Source: a virus. From it: a stretch of DNA of 64,000 bases. Below, piece by piece: positions 8,906 to 19,500 of the stretch. Under the pieces are notes generated by a model, which was not told where the DNA came from, made no database searches, and saw nothing but the letters and a program-made list of their open reading frames with translations. A program made the position numbers and the translations under genes. Positions within the stretch are counted from its first letter, which is position 1, and each line of letters begins with the position of its first letter. The stretch is taken from positions 1 through 64,000 of IMG/VR virus record IMGVR_UViG_3300032288_002265; one strand, 5' to 3'.

Positions 8906-10567
8906 ATGGACGCTACCCAGATCGTCAATCAGAACCTCGCACCCATGCTGGATGCGATCCGCTCATACGGGCAGCAGATCGCCAAGGAGCGTGAGCTCGC
9001 TGATCAGCGTCAGTATCAGGCTGAGCTTCGGAAAGACGAGCGCACCTACCAGGAAGGGCGCACTGCCGACGAGCGTACCTACCAGGAGAAGGTCCGCGAT
9101 AAGACTCGCGCCGATGCGTTCGCGGACGAGGCCCGCAAGCGTAAGATCGAGAACGAGCGGACCATCACCCGTGCCTTCCCTGGCGAGGACACGTCAAAGA
9201 TGAGTGACGCGCAGCTTGAGTCTCGTGCGCTCGAGGCTACGCGGAAGCTCACTCGGGACGACGTGCTGTCGAAGAGCGAATCTGATCTCCGCGCCGATGC
9301 ACAGAAGATGGGCATCGCCAACTTCGACAAGGCTCCCGTCGCAGAACTGCGGAAGTCCGTTGAGGACAAGAAGGTCCAGGAGCAGATCGACGCCAAGCAG
9401 AAGGCGGTCACTGCAGAGGAGGATTTCCAGACGGGCCGTCTCGCCACTGATGCGGGCAAGGGGGCGCTCACGCAGTACAACCAGCTTCGCCAGGAGAAGG
9501 CTGACCTGCTTCGGAAGATGGTATCCATGTCAGGCGCACCTGATGATGTGTTAGTCGACAAGGCTGCTGTCGGCGCTCGAATGATCCAGCTGATGGGCGA
9601 AGGCGACATCAGCATGGCCCCTGATGAGATCGAGATCGGCAAGAAGCTGTACGACCTGATGACCGATCCGAGGAACACGGCTCTCAAGACTTCTATCCTG
9701 GATGTGATCCGCGCTGGTGATCGTCCGTCGATGGAGGCACTGAGCAAAATCCCCGGCCTCACTCCTCGCGATCAGGCTTTCCTTATCGGGCTAAACGCTC
9801 GTGCGATTTCTGACGTGACCAGGCAGGATCCTAAGATGATCACCGCTCTCGCTGCGGCTGATCGCAACTCGATCTACAGCCAGAAGTACTTCATCGCTGA
9901 GCAGCTGAAGTCGATCGACACGGAGATGAACCGGATGACCTCAGAGTTTCCTGCTCTGCGGAAGATCCCGACGATCGACATGGAGCACCTTACGTCGCCG
10001 AAGCCCCCGGCCCAGCCGAGCGGTGGCGTGCCTGGTGGCCCTCCTGTTAGCGCGTTCCCGGCTACTGGGGCCACTGCTAGCCAAGCATCCCTCGGCTCTG
10101 TTGGAGGTGTGTCGGTCAACGGAATGCCGCCGATGCCTCCTGCTCCTATGAGCGTGGAGCAGGTGCGTGCTAATCGTGGGGCAGTGCCAGAGCAGTTCGG
10201 GCCTCCTGGACCGCGTGACGCCTTCATCCAAGAGGGAATCCGTCTGGGTCAACTCGCGGCTCGTGGTGGCGCGAACACTGCAGGTATGCAGGCGGATCTC
10301 ACCACGCCGTTCTACGAGAACGTGGCGTCTACGCTCGGCATCAAGCCGCAGCAGGTCGGCGCGAGCGTCTTCGAGAAACGTCCTCGCAGCATCGTCGCAG
10401 ACAACTTCCCGAACGATCAGTTCAACGCTCTACCCGAGGATGTGAAGAACAAACTGTACCTCGACGCTCTTGCTGCTGCAGCGAACACGCCGAAGCAGCC
10501 GTATTCAATTTTCGGTAGGAAGTCGAACGAACTCCCCTTCTTGGACTGGGCCGTCAACCGCGAGTAA
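8906..10567 (+). CDS. Internal virion / ejection protein
   Basis: Charged helical N-terminus with repeated DERTYQE and a Pro-rich linker; lies between the pilot and giant proteins. Confidence 0.6.
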   Translation: MDATQIVNQNLAPMLDAIRSYGQQIAKERELADQRQYQAELRKDERTYQEGRTADERTYQEKVRDKTRADAFADEARKRKIENERTITRAFPGEDTSKMSDAQLESRALEATRKLTRDDVLSKSESDLRADAQKMGIANFDKAPVAELRKSVEDKKVQEQIDAKQKAVTAEEDFQTGRLATDAGKGALTQYNQLRQEKADLLRKMVSMSGAPDDVLVDKAAVGARMIQLMGEGDISMAPDEIEIGKKLYDLMTDPRNTALKTSILDVIRAGDRPSMEALSKIPGLTPRDQAFLIGLNARAISDVTRQDPKMITALAAADRNSIYSQKYFIAEQLKSIDTEMNRMTSEFPALRKIPTIDMEHLTSPKPPAQPSGGVPGGPPVSAFPATGATASQASLGSVGGVSVNGMPPMPPAPMSVEQVRANRGAVPEQFGPPGPRDAFIQEGIRLGQLAARGGANTAGMQADLTTPFYENVASTLGIKPQQVGASVFEKRPRSIVADNFPNDQFNALPEDVKNKLYLDALAAAANTPKQPYSIFGRKSNELPFLDWAVNRE

Positions 10568-10573
10568 CCCAAA

Positions 10574-13500
10574 ATGCCTAACCAGCTTGTTGAGTGGTGG
10601 CGCACACAGCGCCCCGAGGATGCCTCTTTGTCGGACGACAGTCTGACGATGAAGATCGCGTCGATGGCCCCGGACTACAAAGCCCAGGGCAAGGACATCT
10701 TCGCCGACTACCCAGACTTCACGGCCGACTACAACTCGCTGCTCGAGCGGGCTGGCAAGGAGTACCGCCGTGGCACCGCGACGCTCGGCAACGAGGTTAG
10801 CCGTGGCTTGCAGCGTGGCATCAGCGGTCTGAAGTCGACGGCCTACGGTGCTGCGGCTCTGGCGGCTGACGCCATTCCTGGCACGTTCGCTGATCCTGCT
10901 CGAGATGCCCTGCTGCGGAAGTACAAGACTGCACAGGAGGATGCGTCTCAGGAGGATGTCACCCCGGCAGTTGGGTCGTACAAGGAGGTTGGAGATCTGC
11001 GAGATGCTGGTCAGTACGTCGCCGGCCTCGTTGGTGAAGGTCTACCGTCCGTCGCCGAGTCCATGGTTACTGGTGCCATTGGTGCTGCGGCTGGCAGCGA
11101 GGTGCCCGTGGCCGGCAACATTGCTGGCGGTATCGCCGGCATCGTCGGAAAGCAGGCGGCGAAGCGGCTCATCGCCAAGAAGATCGCTGGCTTCACGGCC
11201 CAGGAGATCGAGGAGGCCGCGCTCAAGGGCGTCGGATCCGAGGCGCTGAAGCAGCTGGTGCGTGCCGAGACCAAGGCGATCACGTCCACTGCAGGCGCTG
11301 CGCTCGCCAGCACGCTCAACAGCTACGGCTTGAGCGCGGGTGAGATCTACGGCGAGCTCGCGACCAACCCGAACGTCAAGCCTGAGGACGCCCTGGGCAT
11401 CGCTGTTGCCGCTGCGATCCCGGCTGCGATCGCCGACACGGCTCTGCCCGGGTACGTGATCAACAAGTCGGGCGTGCTGCGCCGGCTCGCTGGTCAGATC
11501 GAGAACTTTGGTGAGACCGAGAAGCGTGGGTTCTTTGGGTACATCACCAGGCTTGCTGCCGAGGTTCCCAAGGTCTCGACCATGGAGGCTGGCACCGAGG
11601 CGTTCCAGGAGCTCGTCAACATCGCCGCGACCAAGTACGGCGAGACGGGCAAGTTCGACCTATCACTGACTGAGGCCGAGAAGGAACGGATCATCAACTC
11701 CGGTATCGGTGGCGCTGTCGCTGCCACCACCACCGCCCCGCTCGCTGCCGCCCGCTTCGACAAGACGGAGCAGGAGGCTACCGCCCAGGCACCGGCTGCT
11801 GCTGCTCCTGCCCAGGCGCAACCTGGCTCTCCAGCCGCGCCCGCCGCACAGGCAGCGCCTGCTGATCCCACTGCTCCTGCTGCTCAACAGAACCAGCCAG
11901 ACACCGCCACGGACGTGCTCGAGGCTGGGTACGACACGAACATCGACGGCATCAAGGATCTCGCCCGCAGAAAGCTGGCTGGTGATGACGTGTCTGCCGA
12001 GGAGGCTGCACTGAAGCCTGATGCCGCTCGCCGCTACCAGCGCGAGGTGATCGCTGCGTCCGAGGCGAAGGCTGCTGCTGAAGCTACTGCTCCTACCGAG
12101 ACGGCTGCGACTGCCACGGAAGAGAAGAAGACTGAACCTGAATCGAAGAGCGCCCTCACTGCTGAAGCGCAAGATCTCCTGAGGAATGTGGATGCCGGCG
12201 GCGTTCCTGTATTCATCACCGCAAACCTCAAGCGGATTGCGTCTGAGAACGGCGTCACGATCGAGGGATCTGACACTTCGAACAGCGTGATTGAGAAGCT
12301 GCGGAAGAAGGGTGCGGAGACCGATCCTGCTCCGGATTCGACATCTACTGATGCTGGTGGCGAGGAGAAGAAGTCGACGATCAACCTCACCCCGATCGAT
12401 TACACCGACAACCCGTCCTGGGATGCGGCCACCAGGACGTTGAACCGCACGAGCGGATCGGCCCGCGTCATAGATTACTCCGACCGGAAGATCGTCCTGG
12501 TCAACGTGAACGGGCTCAACATTCCGTTTTACCTATCTACCGGACAGGCTAAAAAAAAGGAGGTCGCTGCCGGCAAGTGGTACCCGATCTTTGGCATCTC
12601 CTCGGATGGGTGGCTCAACAAGGGTTCCCAGAAGGAAATCAACAACTTCTACGGGAGCGAGGAGCTTAAGAGGATCGCCCAGCAGTTGGACGCTGAGCTT
12701 GGTAAGGATGTCAAAGCGGACATTAAAGTGTCCAACAGCGCGGTGTTTTCCTCGGTCAACGGGTTCCTAAAGGAGCTCGGGCTACAGCCTGTCGAGAACG
12801 AGCTCAGCACCACGGTCGATGATCTCAAGAAGAACATCTCAGCAGTCATCGCTGAGATTGAGCGTCGCAAGGCTTCTGCCTCCGAGCCCACTCCTGCTCC
12901 CACTCCCGCACCGGCTGCTGATGCTGCACCGACCAACGTCGACGCCGATCCTGTCGACCAGGCTGAAGAGGGTGAAGACTTGCAGCTTTCTACGGAGGAC
13001 TCTGCGGCGAAGCAGTCCATGTCGAAGGACGCCAAGGCTGCTCAGAGCCAGGTCGAACTGCTCAAGAAGAAGATCGCCGCGATCGAAAAGCTGACGGAGC
13101 AGCGATCGAAGGAGATCGAGCCGGCCCAGTCGTTGATGGATCGGTACATCGCCGCCGATGCGATCACCAACAAAGAGGAGCGGGCGGACGCTCTCAAGGC
13201 GCTCGAGGGTGAGCTCAAGAAGTACGGCGGCGTCGAAGGCCTGCAGAGCCGGCTCCAGACCCTGAATGTCCTGGAGACCGACAAGAACGGGAAGCCGAAG
13301 CTGCTGCTGAAGCCGGTCAGTGACGACCCGCGCAAGACAGTGTCGACGCGGCTGAACTACTACGCCAAGAAGCTGAACGAAGCGCAGTCGAAGTTGATGA
13401 TGATCAACGACGACATCGACACGCTGATGATGTCTGCCGCTCCGTCCGAGCGCAGCCGGATGCCGGCGTACTACGAGTCCGGTGACGAGTCGGAGCAGTC

Positions 13501-16500
13501 TGGTGAGCTTATGCGCCTGTACGGCGAGTCGCTCAAGGCCAAGGGACTTGCCAGGCAGACCGCGCTGAACGAGCTCGGTTACACCCTGACCGCCGACGCT
13601 CGTGGCAAGGATTCCAACCAGCGCCATAGCCGACGCCTCACCGCCTGGGTGAAGCGCAGCGAGGCTGGCAATCCGACCGAGATCATCGTCACCACCTCGC
13701 ACCGCGAGCCGATCCCTAAGAAGTCGAAGAGCGAGTTCAATCCGGTCGACCGGTACGTCTTCGCTGTCTCCAACACCGAGTACCTGCAGGGCGGTAACAA
13801 GAAGAAGGTGACCGAGAAGAAGGCTGATGTCCGCACGATCACCCAGATGATCGACGACGGCTTCATGCCGTACTCCTCGATCCTGCTGGGCTCTGCGCGT
13901 CACCGTAGCGTCGAGCGGTTTGTCTTTCAGGAGGGAGGTAAAACCGCGCTCGCGCAGTACAACGAGATGTTCGGCGAGGCCAAGCAGGCTGCTGCCGCCG
14001 GGAAGCCAATCGAGACTGGGTTCGGTAAGAACGAGGACGAGATCATCAACGAGGCCGCGAAGACCGCTGCCGAGGAGTTGTCCGATGTTGAGCTCGAGTA
14101 CGCCAACAGGTTCTTCCAGTACATCCGCGACCAGTTCCTAGAGCAGTCGGCTGAGCTCCTGGACAAGGGTCGCTTCTCTGAGGCGCTCGAGCAGAGCTTG
14201 CTCGGCAAGATGATCGGCGTGTACGACGAGATGGTTTCCAAGAACGCCTCGGAGACCGACATCTCGAATACGTTTTCCAGGTCGTTCAAGAGCGAGATCG
14301 AGGGATTCCTCAAGCAGGAGAAGAAGTTCGCTTCCGCCCGTGACATGGCGGTCATTGCTGAGACCCTGCCGTCCTACTTCGCTGGATCAGCCTTGAGAGC
14401 GACGATGTCCGCTCGTGCCGATGCACTGAAGCAGACGTATCAGGACATCAAGCTCAACGCCCTCAAGAAGGCGATCGGGGAGAAGAACAATGAGAACAAT
14501 CAAAGTACCTCAGGAACTAAGGCAGTCAGTCCCACCGGAGCAGCTGGTAAAGCTGATCGAAATGGTGGCGGTGACGGCAAAGGCAATCGGGTCGTCTCGA
14601 AAAAAGATGCTCAAGCAAAGGTCGCCAAAGCAGGCAAGGCCGCAGCAGGTAGCGTCGCGTCCAAGAAGCGTACCGCCTCCCGAGCAGATGTAGCCAAGGC
14701 CACCGCTGCGAAAGCGGACAAGCCCAAGCGCACTGACGCTGCCTCCAAGGCCAAGAAGCAGGCAGCGAAGAGCGAGGTCGTCAAGCGGGAGACCAAGTAC
14801 GTCTTCAATCCGAAGACCGGACGGGCCGAGCAGGTCTCGAACAAGATCATCGAGGCCGGCACGCCTGCGCCTGTCGCGAAGCCTAAGAAGGCTGGCACCA
14901 AGAAGGAGGCCGCTCCGAAGAAGGGCACGAAGCCTGCCGCTCCAGAGCAGCCCAAGCCCGAGGCCAAGCCCGAGCCGACGATCGAGCAGCGGAAGGAGGC
15001 CGCGCTTGAGGCTGTCGCCAAGCTGCTCGCCGCGAAGCTGATCAAGCGCAAGGAGTACAACGGCCTGATCGACGCGATCAACGCCGGCACGATTGCTCAG
15101 ATCCAGGAGATCCTGGACAAGTCCCAGGCTGCGGAGAGCTCGGCCAAGGACAGTAATTCGGTGGTCGCGCTGAAGGAGACCGTGCTCAACCTCGAGGAGC
15201 AGGGCCTGATCGACAAGGTTGTCAGGAAGGCGATGCTCAAGAAGATCGACCAGAACGCCTCCAATCAGGAGGCCTTGGCGAAGTTCGAGCAGGAGCTCAA
15301 GGACTACAGCGACCGCGAGGCGAAGAAGACCCGCAAGCGCCTGTCCCAGGCTGACCCTGAGGCCATCGAGTCGGTCGACCTGCAGAGCGGGCGTATCACC
15401 CCGGTCGAGCTCGTGCCCAACTCGATCGAGAACATCGAGCACAACATCCGCCGCTTCAGTCAGCCGGCCAGGAGCCTGCTCACCCAGAGCATGGACGCCG
15501 AGTCGGTCTCGCAGAAGTACCCCAACCTGATCACCGCGCTGCGTCGCATCGCCATCGAGGCTGCGACGGACTCCAGCCCGATGAGTGTGATCCGCGCCAC
15601 GATCGCCAAAGCGATGATGGACCGCGTGGCTAATACCGGTGCCAAGCTGATCTTCGTCGATCAGTCGATCACCCCTGGCGTGCTTGGAAAGTTCGACCTC
15701 CGGAACAACGAGATCGTCATCTACACCGGGGCGCACTCGACCGACCTGGACCTGCAGGCCACGATCCTGGAGGAGACGCTGCACGCCTTCACCTCGAAGA
15801 CGCGCCTGGCTTTCGACACCAACCCTGAGTCGCTGAGCCTCGCCCTGCGCGATGCTATCACCGGACTGAACAGCCTGATCGAGGCCGCGAAGAAGGCGGG
15901 GCTGAAGTGGCAGGAGAGCGACAGTGCGGATGCCGCCGTGGCGTTCGACGAGTTCGTGGCTGCTGCCGTTCGTGACGACCAGTTCAAGGCCCAGTTGGCC
16001 AAGATCCCGTTCAACAAGGACTTCGGCATCAAGAAGGCGACGACTCTGCTCGAGGCGATCAAGCTGCAGTTCTCGAAGATCCTCGAGGCGATCGTCAGCG
16101 CGTTCCCGATCTTCGGCAGTGGAGGCAAGACCGGCGGGATGACCGCCCTCGATGCCAGCGCAGCGTTCATCAACGCGATGGTGACCAACCACCAGAAGGT
16201 GGCCAACGAGCAGGGTGGCAAGGAGCAGCGAAACCGCTACGTCGAGGGCACGCTCGGGACCGGTGCCGACATCACGGTCGATGGCAGTCAGTTCTCGGCC
16301 GACGCGACCGCCGAGGCCAAGCGGCTTATGGCGCTGCAGAACCTGATCCAGGATGCCGCCACCCGCATGGTCGATATGTGGAACCGGAAGGGGAACAACC
16401 GTTCCTCGCAGGGCACCCAGCTTCTGAGCAATGACCAGGCGATCAAGAACATGATCCTGGACATGATCAGCAACTCGATGCCGCTGCCGTCCGACGCCAA

Positions 16501-19500
16501 GCAGGCGATCAACAAGGCGCTCTCAGACCAGGGTGCCAGCACGATCTCCGACGCCATCACCATGGGCGACCTGGAGCAGAAGAGCGATGCGCCCAAGGTG
16601 GCTCGCGACGGACTCAATGCGCTGAACACCGTGCTCTTCAACCTGAAGAGAATGCGGGCCGAGGCAGAGGAACTGTTCGGCAAGAAGAACATCCTCCAGA
16701 AGATCGCCGACTCGAGCTTCGAGATCAGCGAGCTCACCAAGAAGTTCGAGGACATGAACTTCATCGGGAAGGAGTTCGTGAAGGAGCTTCGCCGCTCGAT
16801 CGATGAGAGCGAGGACGTTGGCGCTGGCTCGATCGCCAAGGCGATGGGCATGACGACCGGACGTAAAGCCTCGTTGCAGAACGCCGCGACCTGGATCCAG
16901 GCGAACCTCAACGCCTACACCGACGCCCTCGTGGCCTTGTCCGAGTTGGGCGTGGACTTCAAGAACACCCCGCCTGCTGACATCCTCAAGACCGTCAACG
17001 CCGCCGCAGCGACCGACGCGAGGCTGGTGCCCATGCAGGACATTGGTCGGCTCGCCATGGCCGGTCAGTTCGCCCGCCGTCGCCCGATGGTGATGGACTT
17101 TCTGGCCACCCGCAGCAGCGGTGAGGCCGGTGCCCTGCGCTCGATCATTGCGATGGCCACCAGCAGCCGTGCCGACGCCATCGAAATGGCCAAGCGCGAC
17201 CTGTCGAAGCTGAAGCGGATCGGTGGAATCGCTGCCCGCATCATCGATCAGTTGTCGGAGATGAAGGCCGAGCACCGTAAGATGCTTGACCAGGCCAAGC
17301 TGCACGCTGAGCGCGAGCAGTTCGCCGTGGATGCCGAGGCCGCGCTCACCGAGCGGATCAAGTACCTGGATCGAATGCTGCAGGTTGAGGACACCTCCGG
17401 TAACAAGCTGTGGCAACCGCACCACAACGCCACCTACTTCGTACCGACCTCTCCGAACCAGTCGGAGGAGTCGCTCTTCGAGGACAACCCGACCTCCCAG
17501 TCGTTCCGGAAACTCCGGTTCGGCCAGGACTTCGACGGTGCCAAGGTCCGCAGCGAGCTCGCCCTGATGAAGGGATGGCTCGACGCCAACCAGAACCTGC
17601 GCGGCACCTCGAAGTACAACCTGATGAAGCGTCAGATCGACGGACTCACCAAGATGTATGCCGAGGAGGTCGACGCCAACGTGCGCCGTGGACCGTTCGG
17701 GTTCCTGGTGCGAGCCCTGGGATCCAGCGCCGACCGCCTTGAGCAGCTTGGCCTGCTGTCTGCCAAGGAGGCCGCGACAATGATCCGCCGGTACGTAGCG
17801 TCGTTTGAGCAGTCGCTGAAGTCGGTCGATGCGAAGTCGTTCCACGAATACGATGCGCTGATGCGGAAGGGAACTGAGCTCAGCGGCTTGCACCCGCTCG
17901 AGTTCAAGCGCCAGTACTACAACCGTGCGCTCGGCTACCTCGAGACCCGTCAGGATCTCCTGAATCCCACTCTCACGCAGCAGGCTCAGGAGGATCTGCT
18001 GGTGCGCGAGGCGATCCGTTTCATGGACCAGTCGACTCCGATGAGCGACGAGTTGAAGACCACCGTGGGGAACCTGCTCCGCACGGCCGGTCGAAACGGC
18101 GAGATCATCATCGGCCGCAACCGCGTGAACTTCGGTCTGAAGGTGGCCGACGTGATGAAGGATGGTCGAGTCTACCTCCGTGAGCCCATCGGACATCCGC
18201 TGTCCACCGCCGCCCGCAGCTTGGACGAGAGTGTTCGAGTGTTGGCCAACAAGATGGAGGCTGCGTGGAAAGAGACATTCACTGCCAACGGCGAGCCTGA
18301 TACTAAGCTCAAGCCGGCTACCGTCTCGGGCCTGTACACCACGGACGTGAACGCGCTGCGCTCTATCCTGGCCGGCCGGTTCACCGAGGAGGTGATGTCG
18401 AAGTTCGTGAAGCCGCTGGTCAGCAAGACCGGCAAGACTAACTTCAAGGGGCCTGAAAGCCTTGGTGTGGTCGACATGGCCAAGCGGGAGAACCTCATCG
18501 AGGCCTACCGGCTGGCTGGTGGCGACATCATCAAGTTCGCCGAGGAGCTTCACCGACTCGAGGGCGGCGACCCTGCCACGCTCGCTGACTTCGTTGGCGA
18601 GACGATTGGCACGCTCCAGAAGTACGCCTCGACCCTGTTCCAGGTGGCGGACACTGCCGGAAAGAACGCGGACGAGGATGCCGACCCTGGCCTGAACTTC
18701 CTGAACGCTCGCCAGGGCGAAGACTTCCCGTGGGAGTGGCTCGACTACAAGGAGTACGGCTACAAGAACCGGACTCGATACCTCCGTGTGATGGCTCAGC
18801 AGTTTGCATTCGGCGACAACCAGGATGGATTCAATCGCCTGGTCGAGGAGTCCCGCCGGCAGCTGATGAAGTTCAAGGACGAGTACGAGGATGCTCACAA
18901 GAAGCTCAACGCTGGCGACCGTGCCGGCTACGAGAAGGCCCTGAACGAGGGCGGCAACCGGATCGCCCGCCAGAACGCCCAGGCAAACGTCCTGGAGTTG
19001 AACGCCGCCGAGAAGCACCACTCCGCGCTGATGAGCGAGCTCAACGGCAACAAGCAGTCAGCCGGTGTGTTCTCCGAGATCCTGGGAGTCATCTCAGGCA
19101 TGACCGTGCAGGGTCTGGCGACGGCCGCGACCGACTCGGTCACGCTGTTCGAGGCTCCGTTGCGGAAGTTCGGCTTCTCCAAAGAGGCCATCCAATTCAT
19201 CGCCGGAACCTGGAAGGCGCTGGGCACCGAGATTGCCGGCACACTGGCTCAGGCGTTCGGGATGCAGTTCCACCAGGACACCGCCACATCCCGTGAGACC
19301 GACATCCTGAACCGCAACGGCCTGGCTGACAGCGACAGTATCACCTCCAGCCGTGGCTTTGCGGCCTTGCACGAGCGGTACATCCAGGAGCTTGCCGAGG
19401 AACTGACCTTCTCGGCGATCACCGATCGGTACAAGAACGAGCGTATCACGATGGCCAAGGAGCTCGCTTCGGGCGCGGTCAAGCGCGTGGCGAAGGCTGG

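Noticed and set aside
12548-12562. A8 run (GCT AAA AAA AAG) as a frameshift site in the giant gene
   Set aside because: The -1 frame closes after about 36 unremarkable codons, and the run lies in an AT-richer module where it may be incidental.
17528-17542. DFDGA in the giant protein, resembling the NADFDGD RNA-polymerase motif
   Set aside because: The third Asp is missing and no other polymerase motifs were recognised, so it does not support a virion RNAP call.
12839-19021. Long antisense ORFs (354, 560 and 832 aa; similarly 54449-56290)
   Set aside because: These are shadow frames of strongly GC3-biased genes, with no recognisable motifs.
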